From: Lingula anatina
Taxonomy: Eukaryota > Animalia > Brachiopoda
NCBI GenBank assembly: GCA_051362555.1
Contig: CM120644.1
Span: 24,388,534-24,452,533 of the forward strand
Direction: 5' to 3'
DNA: 64,000 bases
Part shown: one piece after another, positions 1 through 13,351 of the stretch
How the letters are laid out: every line of letters starts with the position of its first letter
Position numbering within the stretch: the stretch's first letter is position 1
Made by a program: the position numbers and the translations under genes
Notes under the pieces: model-generated
The model's input: the letters and a program-made list of their open reading frames with translations, nothing else
Told to the model about the DNA's origin: nothing
Databases searched by the model: none

Positions 1-207
1 GTGTAAGTTAAATTTCTTAAAGAGCCAACACGTGTAGAAATTGTTTTCTTAATAGGAATATATGGAACCTGTCAAAGCTATATACAGTTTTATTTGATTG
101 GCTGATTTCTCAATGAATTTGCATGTTTCAGCCGCCACATGTTAAACACATGCACATTTAGGATGGATATAGCCCAAGCATGAGTAATTCAAATATATTA
201 TATGTTT
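1..207. repeat. Dispersed repeat, diverged inverted copy of 12089-12295
   Basis: Reverse complement aligns by eye with 12089-12295. Positions 1-10 show the empty TTA site of the MITE at 12296. Confidence 0.8.
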
Positions 208-244
208 AATTGAAATCTACCTCTGTGGAGCAGCATGCGGGCAT

Positions 245-291
<47 letters not shown>

Positions 292-1392
292 TCCAAAACT
301 ACATCCGTGGAGCAGTACGCCAACATTGCTTTTTTCTTGTTTACTCCAATGCTACATTTGTGGAGTATATTGGAAGTATCCTATGCCCGACAGTGCAGTG
401 CAGCATAAGCATAATGCTTTTTCTCTACTTTACCGGAGTAATTAGCTAACTTCGTGGACTGATGATGAACGTTAGGAATAAGTCACGAATCCCACGAATA
501 TTTGCCGAAGCAAGCACGGAGGGGAAATACCACGGAATGTCGATAATACAACATTGGTCAAAAAGGTTGTCTCACATCCAGTTTCAGTGTTTTTATTTAT
601 AAATGATCACAACACAGGAGTTAATTGCTATGAATGGCAATTTTCTTTCCCGATACCATAACTAACATGATTAGTGGTACAGAAAATACAAACTAGCGGT
701 GAATATATTCATATGTTATATCACTTATTCACATTTATTACATGTACCCCCTCAAATCCGATATTCCACTGAGGTAAAGGAATGCCCATTTAATATTGAA
801 TTGCGGCATCTTCCTTTGAAGACGTGCGTTCGGGTAAACATTCGCCCATTTTCTCAGATAAGCAGTTTTGATAGCTCCACTGGAGCCTGAACAGCTTACA
901 TGTACAAGTGTTATAACTGTGCCGCAGTAAATTTCTTATATTGTTCTTTTGCACTGACAACGCAATTTCTCGCGGTTCCTCGTAGTTGCTATGGCACAGC
1001 ATTGCCGTCGTCTTGCAGTTGCGAGCACATAGGCTTGCGTCAACACATGGAAATTTCGGGTTCTTTAGCATCTTTTTCCTGTTACCTCATAAAAACGGGT
1101 TTTGGTGTTTGTATATTTTTGTTACTGTGTCAAAGATTGTATTCTTGAGCTGATATTTAGCCGGTTTTAAAGCAATGTAACGGGCAATTCATGTGTGGTG
1201 ACATTTTCCAGCGAGAGCCGATATTGAGAGTAAAAAAAAAAAAAAAAACAATTAACATCCCTAAAGCCGAGAAGACGTTAGCCGGTAATATTATTGTTTG
1301 TATCTGTAGTAGTTGTTGTAGTAATGGTAGTTGATTAGATATACATTTATATTGTCACTGTTTTATATTCTGATGACCCGTAGGGAGCAAAG

Positions 1393-1570
1393 CAGGGGCG
1401 GATTGAGGCCGTCTTCTGGGAATTCCGGAAGACGGTCAGAATTTCAATCTTTTCAAAATTTTATAAAGACGGGTATCTAACTTTTTCTGTCGGAAGACGG
1501 TCAAAAATGAGGATGGATCAACAAAGATAATTTGTAAGACGGTCTGAAAATATCTCTGGATCCGCCCCTG
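1393..1570. mobile_element. Non-autonomous DNA transposon (MITE) with 5-bp TSD
   Basis: TIR CAGGGGCGGAT...ATCCGCCCCTG; CAAAG on both flanks (1388-1392, 1571-1575); internal repeated AAGACGG motifs. Confidence 0.8.
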
Positions 1571-1685
1571 CAAAGGTTCAATAAATTGAACTGAATTTAA
1601 CATGAACATATACACGTGTATATTTTGTGCGACGTTTTACCTTGACCGTTTATATTCAGAGTCTTTTGTTGCATCTTGTTGTTTG

Positions 1686-1726
1686 CGCCCCTGACGAGGC
1701 CTCAGGGCCGAAACAGCTGTAGGGAC
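1686..1726 (+). ncRNA. Minimal type I hammerhead ribozyme, Penelope-like element terminus
   Basis: CCC-CUGACGA-GGCC-UCAG-GGCC-GAAAC-AGCU-GUA-GGG: both core boxes, stem II, palindromic stem III ACAGCUGU, GUA cleavage triplet, 3-bp stem I. Confidence 0.75.
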
Positions 1727-1771
1727 TTTTCTAATTAAAATGGAGAGAACAGACTAGTTTGTTCGGTTACT

Positions 1772-1773
<2 letters not shown>

Positions 1774-1842
<69 letters not shown>
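1774..1842. repeat. Compound (CT)n(TA)n microsatellite
   Basis: Directly visible. Confidence 0.95.
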
Positions 1843-1844
<2 letters not shown>

Positions 1845-2400
1845 CATTGTCCCACCCCCATTTCAATGTACTTTTATTTACAAATGATCACCTCACAGCT
1901 GTAAATTGTTAGAAATAGTGCTTTTCATTCCTGATACCGTGTCTAACTCGATTAAGGGTTAAAAAATATTAAATAGTGGTGAAAATATACAAATTTTATA
2001 CCATTAAGTAACATTTATAACAGGTACCCCCTCAAATCCAATGTTTCACTGTTATTTCAGCAGATGCAAAGATATGTCTATTAAATTGAAAAGAGGCCAT
2101 CAAATGTCACAAAATTTACACACAGTTAGCATTAGGGTGTGCTCGTTAAAGGTCACGTGCCTAATAGTGAGTGCGGCTACTATGTACTGCAATTATCTCC
2201 TGTAGATGGCGCAACAAGCCTTCACCACGTTTAACAGTTCTGTTTTGTGGGATATTGTCCCATTCTTCTTAAACAACTTGGGGGGAGATGGTCGAAGTTT
2301 TTTTTATGGAATTGGGTCTCCTCTGCAATTCACACTCCAATTCATGTCACAGTTGATTAGTAAGGTTAATACTAGAGATCAAAGATGGTGGGTCCACCCT
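1845..2400 (-). mobile_element. Degenerate Tc1 3' end (transposase C-terminus plus terminal region)
   Basis: Minus strand reads HELECELQRRP...EEWDNIPQ...IIAVHSSRTHY*, similar to a Tc1 C-terminus. The terminal region has diverged copies at about 560-800 and 19385-19500. Confidence 0.6.
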
Positions 2401-2679
2401 TAAAGCAAGTTTGCCGTCATGATGAAGCCTTGAGTTAACCCATAAGTCAGTTATTGAAGATGGAGTGGGATATCAGCTGAGAATGCTACAGTACGTTCAT
2501 TGATCCCACAGGCATCTGAACGTGGCCATCCATCACTGGAAGGAAGTCGGTTTTGATGCAGAATCAAGTTATTTCTTGTATCCCATCGATGGTCAAATGC
2601 TGAATGTTGAATTTTCAAATGTAGAAAAATGCCTCTTGGAAGGGTGTGTGCAGGATAATATTGCCTGAGGTGTTAAGTC

Positions 2680-3135
2680 AGTCCGCATTTGGAGAACATT
2701 CCAAGCCCATGATATTAGTACACTGTTCCTTTTGGAACAACACGTAACTTGGGCATTTTACTGTAACATTCTCAACAGATATCTCACTCCATTTGCAAAA
2801 AGTGACTTCAGGGATGCTGCCGGCTTCATTGTGACAACGCACATGCTCAAAGTTCTCATCTGGCAAGCGATTTGTTACAGAAACACAGGGCTCTGAGGAT
2901 GGGACATCCGTCTTTGGGTCCTAATATTAATCCTATTGAGCACCAGTGGCATGAATTGGAAAAAAATCGGCTTGCAGTAATCTCTCACGGCACAGTCTAA
3001 GGAGATGGCAATCATGTCTTCTTGATGTGAAATTGTCGTAAAGACCACCCCTAACATTTCTGACCACAGTACATGCAACTTCATGCATCAATTGTTTCGA
3101 GACCTGTGTGGTAATTAGGTAATACACCTGGCCAT
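2680..3135 (+). pseudogene. Tc1 (DD34E) transposase remnant
   Basis: Frameshifted VRIWRTF...ILNRYLTPF / CDNAHAQ...PSLGPNINPIEHQWHELE. D at 2833 and E at 2938 have exactly 34 residues between them. Confidence 0.8.
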
Positions 3136-4056
3136 GCATGGATTGGCACCTCAGTTTTGGATTTAAAATAGTTAGAGAGAAAATAAAAAGTTTATGGAAA
3201 ATTTACTCGCCAAAATAATATTCCATATTAAGTATCAACCCTGTATGTCTAAAGCTTTAACATCCCAGTCCTATATGTAACAGACGGACTCTCTGGTTGT
3301 GTAAAATTTTATTGCTACAACTAAAATTTTCACCCTGTAATAAAGGTGAGATATAATTAAATAAAATGACATACAACAAATAACTTATAATTCTAAAGTT
3401 TACCTCTATGATAAGGAAATAATAAATTTGATATAGATAATTACGGTTTATAAAAGCTATAACGGCTTACCCTGATCTTATTCAAGGGCGTTTATAAAGA
3501 GTGCTGGATATACGTCTTGGTCTGAAAACTAAAGATTAGAAAACGATGTAATACAGTATAGTATAGTGAAGTTGGATACGCAAAAGACAAGATAAAATAT
3601 AACTAGAATTAAGTAGACGACATCCAACTTACCACATAGAAACAGACAGATGAACAGCAACTTCAGCACTATTAGAAAATACCGCGTCAATGCCTTTTAT
3701 AATGTGAAGTCACGTGGCAAAGACGCGGGAAGACAGAACAAAGGGACATAGACAAAAGAACAGACAAAGGAACAATTAGAGGGCGTCAGAGCTACATCAA
3801 GTCACAAGACAAGACGAGTGACGAGTTCATATTTACACATAGTTACATATAATAACAGTGAAGTACCAATGTAGTGCATATTCACAACCTTGGAGTATAG
3901 GAAAGGAACGCTGAATTATATAGCTGGGAATGAGGGAAATCTGGACAAACTCCTACATGTCTCTTCACGCTCTTCGCACTTTCACACATTATAAAACTGA
4001 GTGATTGGCCAATATAATGCAATGGATAATGTATACCTCCTACCACGAGGGCCTTA

Positions 4057-4271
4057 CATCCCATTTCCATATATTAGATCGACCTACTTTAGATCGACCT
4101 AACTCCCTGGGGGTTCACGCTAAATAGCTGTCAGCCGGGCGGACACTAAAGTTAATTACCCCCTTATTGCTTGTAGTAGGCGGGACGGACATTTAAGTCG
4201 GATTATTTGAAAGTAATCTAGTGAGACTCCCCGCGGGGATAGATTGATCTAAAATCTATGGGGATAGAGCC
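4057..4271 (+). mobile_element. PIF/Harbinger-type MITE, family 1 copy 1
   Basis: 215 bp, imperfect TIR (CCCATTCCCA..AGATCGA), TTA TSD; homologous to 12296, 49604 and 53620. Confidence 0.85.
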
Positions 4272-5148
4272 TTACTCCACCGCACCGTTACATTACCTTG
4301 CATCATTACACACCATTATTGATAAAATGTGACACATGGCACGTGTAATTCTAGGTCTTAAATCCTCACTGTAAGCCCATGACTTTCAGGACATTTTAAT
4401 GATCAGCATTAACAATGTGGATAAACTACGCCTTGTCTCAACCACTTAAAAGAAATATAGTGAACATGAGGAAAAGTAACACGTTTACATGCAGGCGAAG
4501 GAGGTATACTTTAATATTAATTGCGAACAATATCAACAGCGACTCAAGACCGTTGCCTGTCTTTCACACTTTTACACAAACACACGAAGGTTTAATAAAG
4601 GGAGTCGCGTCGCGATATCTATCTCTTTCCTTCGAACAAGCAAAGGGCTGACCCGAAGTAAGCTTTCTAAATTAATTTCCTTTTTATTGTATATTGAAAT
4701 TATTCCAATTGCTTGCCTCCATTGTCCTGTAAAAGTGACAAATAATGTGTTGTATTCACACACGAGTTAAACGAACTTTGCATTACTCCTTTGCCTTGTT
4801 GCATAATGTCTTTATCAAGGTTTTAATCAGTGTGAAGAGAGTGTCTTGCCTCACTTAAGAAGGGAGTTGTTCTTCATACTGGTTGTTGCTTAACTTATGC
4901 TAACCTACTCTGTACAAATATGGTTTCAATAAATCGCCAAAATTATGAAATTAATGAACATTGTATATCAAACGTTTTGATACGACTTAAATAAATGAAA
5001 GAGAAGGATTACGGTATTAGTTACTATTTATCTCTGGCGTTAACTTCGTCCTGCTATATAAATGAATAAATGTTGCAGACCGTAACAAAAAAACTTTCTT
5101 AAAGTGTTTTTATGATATATGATCTACACATTTGATAGTGAAACACTC

Positions 5149-5264
5149 CTTGGCTTTAACGAATCACCTGACGTAAACTATGTCTACCCCCGCCCCCCGA
5201 AAAAAACTTGGCTTTAACGAATCACCTGACGTAAACTATGTCTACCCCCACCCCCCGAAAAAAA
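5149..5264. repeat. 58-bp tandem duplication
   Basis: CTTGGCTTTAACGAATCACC...GAAAAAA twice, almost identical. Confidence 0.9.
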
Positions 5265-5489
5265 CTGCTTCTTTTAATTTCGAAATGAATTGCTTTTAAG
5301 ACAAAGAAGTCCATTAACCCCTTTAGGACTCACTGTCATTGCACAGCATGTTGTAATTGATATCTAAAAAAGTTAATTTTTGTACTCCGCTTTTCAGTGT
5401 TCATCCTGGTGCTTTCATCGGGGATACCTCAGGTTGAGGTTACAATTACGTCGCTCGCCTAAATCCCTATTGTCATACAGCATAGATAC

Positions 5490-5670
5490 TTAATTTGTGC
5501 TTATCATCCGACCACGTGACCACTATATATGGCTATACTCTGCAATAATCTCTTAAGAAATTATTGGAAAAAAATAAACTTTCTAGGGAAAAAACAGGGA
5601 CTAAATTTGAATGTAGAAATGGATTAATTGACCATTGGTAAATGAGAAAATTGTTGTTTACCCCAATTGT
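5490..5670 (-). mobile_element. Isolated terminal fragment of the Kolobok-like element
   Basis: Diverged reverse complement of about 20450-20620. Confidence 0.65.
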
Positions 5671-6879
5671 TTTTTTTTTTTTTTTTTTTTTTTTTTGGCG
5701 GGAGCCATAATGAACAGTCGTTATCCCTTTAATAAACATCTTTTTGGCCAATTTAGATGATCTAGTTCAGGACTTCAAACCTACCTGAAATCAAACTCAC
5801 ACAGTTGCCTGCCCATATTAGTTTCAATCCTGTACTGACGTTAAGAAAAAAAACTTATTTAACCACTGAAAATGAGAATATGTTGTAGAAACCAGAACAT
5901 GAGGTATTGTTAGACTTCTAGACAGCTCTGATAGTGGGAGATAACTATACTAATACACCAAACATTGTTTGCATTTATACTTGTAACAAATATTGAGCCC
6001 ATGACCCAATCGTAAATGTCAAAACTAATAGAATCAGATACATTAAACAGTGTAAAACAATGGATTTAATAATGAAAGACCTCTTAAAAAGTGTTAACTA
6101 GGCTTCAGACTTATTTAAAATCACTTTTTATGGCCATTGTTTTATATATATTTGGACGCAAAAACATGGCATGCAAATACTATACTTCTTTCTTATTCGA
6201 GTTTTTACAAAGTGTGCATTAAGTTAGTGCTTCAGACTCAAGAGAAATTAATGTCACTCAGGTGTCTGTCCATATTAGTTTGAATTGTACAGAGGCATTA
6301 GTTCTCCAAGAAAACATTTAAATAGATGATTTTACCTCCAGTGTGTATGAAAACACATTGTTTATCATTTATTATGTATTTTTCAGAAAAGTTGTATTTC
6401 AAATCTGAAACGTTTGAGTTATGTTTTAAGTATTTAATATTATCATCCTATACTTTCATACTAAAATATCTACTGATGTATAATGTGGACACATGAGTCA
6501 GCAGCAGACCCCGCAGTTAACAAAATGATTTTATAGTAATAATATTACACAACGGTAACTTCAATGGTCTTTTTATTAATAGTAAATAAGACTGAAATAT
6601 ATACATAGTAATTTAGTGGGCTATGCCATTTTTTGTTTTGTTTTTGTACCTTAATGTTTTGTTTTTTTTTTTTGTAAGTTATAGGTTTACCCTCAATTTG
6701 GGGCACATGGAGTAAAAATTAGAAGACATGTACTTACAATCCCACACTCTGTCACTTTTACATAAGATAAGATTTCAAACTAAGTTAATACATAGATTTA
6801 CATGTAATCCATTATTTTAGACTAAATATAATGATAAATGCAAAATCATATATAAGTTTCATTTTCCCCCAGTGTAAGA

Positions 6880-8135
6880 AGCCTTCGTCATCCAGGGACA
6901 CTTTGCTAAAATATTTGTACACAAAGTCAGACAGAAATACCTGAGGATATTTCTTTAACCTGAGTTTAGAGTAAACATAATACACCTGCGTCACCAAACA
7001 AAAAACGGCATTATTCTTTAAGGTCTACTAGCTGCAATAGTGGGGTCCCTTAGAAATAAGCAGTAGGCACAGCTGTTTACTTCAAGTAGAAGAATGAAAC
7101 AGAAAAAATACACACTGCATTTAACCAGTATTATGTTAAAGAATGTAGCAAAAAAAAAAGCCTTTTACGATATCACTCTGTAATACAAGTGCCAGTCATT
7201 TAAATTGGGGAGGTTCCTCTCACACAAAGCCAGTCAGTCATGCGTTTATTTCTACAAAATGAGCTAAGAATTGGTACAATACAACTGCACCACCAGACAA
7301 CCTAAACTATTTTATAACATGGCAGTTGCAACCATAATGTCTCGATATCACACTTTCGGGAAACTATCAAACAGCTGGCGTCTTTCAAAGGCGGCAATAT
7401 GCATCATCACTTGCCAAACCTGTAATATATGATGAAAACGAAACAAGAACATGCCGTACGTATTGTCAAGTTTAGAACCCAAACATACCGTACATCAACT
7501 AAATACATGTAACTTCTAGATGACTTTCACTATCAAACTGTGTCAAGATGGCGTCCAGATTGTTGGGGGGGGGGGGGGGGGCAGTGTGGTACGTATACGT
7601 CAGGAGGGGGGGAGAGGTGACCATTTTATACAATGTTTATTCATAGCATATATCAAGGAATGGTTTGCGTATATAAAATTTACTTACGATCCCGCATATT
7701 GTCACTTTTACATAAAATCAGATTCCAACATCCGTTTACATATAATTTTACATGTAAACAATTATTTTTATCCTGAATATAATGGAAATGTAAAATAGAA
7801 TATAAGAGTAATTTTTTATCTATTCCATCAATCTAGATGCCCTCGTCATCCAGGGACGCTTTGAGTGTTTTCTTCCACATACCCCCGGTACTTTTACACA
7901 AAGCTAGACAGAAATACCTGAGGATGTTTATTTAACCTGAGCTTTGAGAAAACATAATCCAACTGCGTCACCAAACAAGAAACTGCGTTATTCTTTATGG
8001 TCTACTAGATGTTATAATGAGGTCACTTAGAAATATACAGTCGGCACAACTCACTTTACTTCAAGTAGAAGAATGAAGCAGAGGATATTACACACTGCAT
8101 GAAGCAAGTTTTATTGTAAAAAATGAAGCAAAAAG
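6880..8135. repeat. Diverged ~290-bp direct repeat pair (6880-7160 and 7839-8135)
   Basis: Shared blocks CGTCATCCAGGGAC, AGACAGAAATACCTGAGGAT, CTGCGTCACCAAACAA and TTTACTTCAAGTAGAAGAATGAA. Confidence 0.8.
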
Positions 8136-10448
8136 AAAAATAAGCGCCAGGTAATAAACAGACGCAATATTTTCCTCCACTTTTGAACATTATTCATCTT
8201 TTGATACGTCTTACGTTTATTAAGTAAATTTATTTCCGTTTACATTTTATGCATCTATTGACCTTAAAAAATTTACAGGTTGCGGAATATTTGAAGGGAT
8301 GCCAACAACTGAGATATCTCACTTCACTGTTAAAAATTCGTGACAAGACGAAAAACTGTGCATTTGGAAATATTTTGTTGTTGACTTGAACAAAAATGCT
8401 GCACTAATCAATATTGATAAAATAGTTTATTTTTCCAGGTTACCCAAGCAGCAAATTAATATTTTGTTGTTCGCCTACCTTTGTAAGTTTAATATCCATC
8501 ATAACGAGTTTTTTTTTTTATTTCTTTTACAGGATGCGACACTTAAATGGCATTCACTTTAATTTCAGGCAATACCAATTATTATTGCACTTTTTTCGGT
8601 TTAGGGCTGCTGAACTCACAGTCTGCGCCATTTCAGATAATAAATCATAATTCTTTTCAGAAGAATACCTTGCAACGTCATACATCGTCGATATATATAT
8701 AGTGCGCATGCACCTTTGAAGGTGACAAGCAAATATAACGATTATGATTAATCTACCTTATTGGAAGTCCCTTCAATAAAATTATGTTTTTCGGGTTGCG
8801 AAGATTAAATTTTGAAATTGTTTCTCGATAAATTGCCTTAATTAAAGTCCTAATCACTGGCATCTCAAAGATCTTCTTAAAATGATCTTGTCAGTTGATA
8901 ATGTGGTTATATTGGCAAACAAAAGATCGAGTGGAACAAATGATTTAATGAGTATAAATGATGCAAGGATAAATGGTCTTATGTGAATATTATTTGATAT
9001 ATTGTGAGGAATAAAATGATAAAGATGTGACGGATATCGGTGCGGTCACTGATATAACTGAATATGTGGAGTTGAGGTATAAAAGTGATGCGCATGACGT
9101 AATATAAAAACTTAAATCTGGGACGCCAGATTGAGTTATTGTTGTTTTTATTATTAGCATAAGTATTATCATCGGACATTTTATCATATTATTAGCATGG
9201 TTTCATATATGTTTTATTGTTATCATAATCTTTTGAATGAATAATACCATGACAAGTTAAAATCATGCCTGATGAACGTGACTGTATTCAAGTTTGATGG
9301 TGATATAGTTAAGTTTTTTCTTGACATGCATTTCTGCGTCATTCATTTTGGATATATTCGTAAACGCTGGACATGAACATTCGTGGATACACAGAGAACT
9401 GTGAACATTTGTCTACACGTATGCCAACGTACGCGAATAAGACATTTATCCATTCTACATTGAATGGCAGATGACAATTGTAAATCACTGTCTGGAAGGA
9501 CCATTTTGACATTATATGGAACTGAACTTTCGTGCTATAATTCAAAATGGAGGATGCAACGGACTATACCAAATGGAACTTTTCATTTGAATGGATTTGA
9601 ACTTTAAATTTTATGAGTTAATTTTGAGTTATATGTCATTGCATGTGGTTATAATGACACATTAAGTATTGTGTGTTGAATATTAAATACGTTTAGTATT
9701 AATAATATATCTATATTCAGTTTATCAGTCTTATAATTATTAGTTGGTGATATATAACAGACAGTTATTGGTATAATAATGGTTATTATGATGACATGAA
9801 ACTGATGATATAAACGTAAAGGGAGATCCTCACATTTTGTGACTCAATTATTTTTCAGTATGTTTTTATAAAAATCGTGGATTGGGTTAGATATAGTCAT
9901 CAAAAGAGCGCGCTACAGTGTGGACAAATATGAAGATGAACAGGTACTTCATCATGGACGATGCGCTGGTCGCAACGTTGTGGTGAATGCTGCTCATTAG
10001 AAAGGGAAGGTATCGCCCGATTGTCTCACTTGGTGCGTTCCTACTAAATCTAAAATGGCAACCAAGAAACGAGAAACAGTTAAAAATGTGTCAGAGCCAT
10101 AATAAGAGATTAACAGATTAAAACATTCGCGTGGGGAAAACAAATAAAATGTATCTGTGTTCTTGGGCCGCACGTTAAAGGGTGTAAATACCAAAACGGA
10201 ATATATCAACGAACATGTGCATTTTCATAAAAATGTATTAATCTATCTTCCTTTAGGTTCTATTTGGGGTTTGTTATGATTGTCTCTGATCAGCAAAATG
10301 CATTTTATAATTAGTGCAATAACATTAAACACAACATGTCTCCTCTAGTAAACAGTCAATGTCAATCTTCCTGAGTGCATAAAGTCAATGCATTACTTTT
10401 CAACAGTGTCTTTCTTACACACAGACATTTAAATGGATTACAGGCACA

Positions 10449-10485
<37 letters not shown>

Positions 10486-10509
10486 ACAACAAATAAACGT
10501 GCAGTCACT

Positions 10510-11258
10510 TCATTTCATAATCGGCTTACCACCTAGGCAGATGTCTCTCCCGAGTATAACGTCTACACATTTGTGGCTGAGCAATTTGTTTTCCAGTTTC
10601 ATTGTTCTGGTGCACTGTTTTACCCATACTAGTATCTGATGGTTTAGTATCCATAACATGTGACTCGGGCACCGAGTCAGGAGACTTGTTTATCATGCGT
10701 TGGTTTCTACGATATGAATGTCCATCCGGACAGTAGCATCTCGAAGTTCCTGAATCCTGTGCGTGGATGCTCGCAAATACTGAGTAACAGTATGAATCCT
10801 GTACTGTCCCTCTTCTAACTGAGAATCTATGCTCTCCTTAGATGTGTCATCAACATACGCACGTGACAGCGTGTCTGCAATGAACAACTTTGAACCTGGT
10901 ACATATGTCACACATAGATTGTATTTCATCAATTTTAACAACATCATTTGCATTCCAGGAGACACCTGGTGTAGTGGTTTCCTTATAATTGCCTCTAGAG
11001 GTTTGTGATCCCTCTCCACCATAATCTCATTGCCATAAATATAATGGTGAAACTTTGTTGCTGCATACAAAATAGCTAAAAGTTCCTTCTCGATCTGTGC
11101 ATATCTCGTCTCCGTATCAGTTTATGCACGTGAGGCATAAGCAATATGTTGACCATCTTGTAATAGACATGCACCTAATCACGTAGATGACGCGTCTGCT
11201 TGTATTGTCACTGGCTTGGATGGCTCAAACAACTTCAGCACTGGTTCTTCTGAAAGTA
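10510..11258 (-). mobile_element. Ty3/gypsy pol remnant (RNase H region)
   Basis: EEPVLKLFEPSKPVTIQADASST*LGACLLQ...AYASRA*TDTETRYAQIEKELLAI...DHKPLE, with stops; cut off abruptly at 11258. Confidence 0.9.
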
Positions 11259-11549
11259 CAGGACCAAGGTATTTCACTTTCCTTCTACTTATCACAAGTA
11301 TTATCACGTGCACGTTTGTTCTAAGGAAAGATGCTAATGCTGGATTCAATAATTAATTGTATGGTTAACATTTTACAAGCTTGTTTGCGAGTTCCATAAA
11401 AATATTTTACTCTAACGCCTGATAAGTGCGGTTGGCCTTTTTAGTGAATTATGGTAGTATAATATTTATAGTTTAATATTTAAAGTTTAATATACCTGTA
11501 TTTATTGAAAGAATAATCGAGAACATTCGTGACAATTGCAACATGACAG

Positions 11550-11627
<78 letters not shown>

Positions 11628-11931
11628 AGCAAATTGCCTTTGAAGACATTTTCCTTAGAGGTTGATAGTTTTCTCTACATCATGATGCTTTGCTTTACTA
11701 AAATATAATTCAAAATACAATTCAAAGTGCATATGTCAATAAATATTTTCTAAAAATATGACAGAAACAAATTGCATATAAAAATATTTTTCTAAGACAT
11801 ACTGGCAAACGAAATTACTGATCGCATTTCAGGCGAAATAACTTAAAATTCTACTAAATTAATTAGTAGTGATCTAATTTTGTTGACAAATAAATAATTT
11901 AATCCGGTCATTTCATAATAATAAATCACCA
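11259..11931 (+). repeat. Left arm of near-identical inverted repeat (partner 19748-20369); contains (TA)n
   Basis: Base-for-base reverse complement of 19748-20369 apart from (TA)n length and a few substitutions. Confidence 0.95.
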
Positions 11932-12295
11932 ACTGATTTTTCACACAAATTCACAAGTGTGTTTAATATATATAATTTACTTGTTTTCGAGCCATTGTCT
12001 TTTCCCTGATTAAAAGGCATTTCCTTTCATGTGTTGCATCCCACAATATATCTTTATTATGTTGTTTCTAAGAGACTTGTCTTCGATAAAACATATAAAA
12101 TGTTATTTGAATTGCTCATGCTTGGACTATATTCATACTAAATGTGCATGTGTTTAACATGTGGCTGCTGAAACATGCAAATCTATTGAGAAATTGACCA
12201 ATCATATAAAATTGTACGTAATTTTGACATTTTCCTTCTTTTCCTACCACGAAAACAATTTCTACACTTGCTGTCTCTTTAAGAAATTTAACTTA

Positions 12296-12510
12296 GACCC
12301 CATTACCACACATTTTAGATCGATCTATCTCTGTGGGGAGTCTCACTAGATTACTGTCAGCTTAGCCGGCTTAAATGCCTGTCCCGCCTACTAAAAGCTG
12401 TAAGGGGGTAATTAACTACCGTGCGCGCTCGGCTGACAGCAATTTAGCTTGAACTCCCAGGGAGTTAGATCGATCTAGATAGATCGATCTAAATCTATGG
12501 GAATTCAATA
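12296..12510 (-). mobile_element. PIF/Harbinger-type MITE, family 1 copy 2
   Basis: TTA TSD confirmed by the empty site in the paralogous repeat at 1-10. Confidence 0.85.
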
Positions 12511-13351
12511 TTACACTCAATAACTCTTCATTCTTCTACTCATTTTATTTTTTAATGATTACCTGCAATTACTGAAGGTATAAGCCATTAACTTTATAAC
12601 GTACACCTTTTTTTCAAAAGAATCTGTCCTTGAATTCTGAAGTTTTACAACATATGCTCCGTTATTCTTTTCATTTTTTAAAACAAATGAAATTCCTACA
12701 TAACACAAAATCCATAAATTACCAAAAAAAATCACATTATCATAAACATATGCACCACGCATTAACACTCCATGTATTTACAAATAGCTTATAGTGAAAA
12801 TACATAGATCAATTTCTGAAATCAGTCAAGTTACAATAAGGAAACTCTACAAAATCCTAAATAAAGGCATTAAATTGTTGTGATAGTACACACACCTTTT
12901 TACACTAGATGATTGCTCACAATATTAAAAATATGTACTGTGGCACTAGCCACACGTAGCAAGTCAAGTCAGATGAATATTCGTATAAGTAAATCAATCT
13001 GCATTGTGTTCAAATGTTATAACTGAACAAAGAAAAGCGTGTTTAATATGCAAACAAAGCATGCAATTCACGTTTGAGTAATTTTGTGACTTTAAAAGCT
13101 GTAAAAATAACTATAAATAACGGTTATCTTTATTATGATCTTTAGGATAGTCGTTCTATGCCAATGTTTTGTCATATATAGTATGTAGGTACAAACTGTC
13201 AAAATGAGAATAGTTGTTACTACACTTTGCAATATGTGATCAAGAAATGTCGTTGAATCTGTGAATGTGATACTTAGTTCCTTCAGCTTAGTATTTAGAT
13301 ATTAAGATAATAATGCAGTTTGGATAAAATCCTCGCTATTCTTGACCAGGG

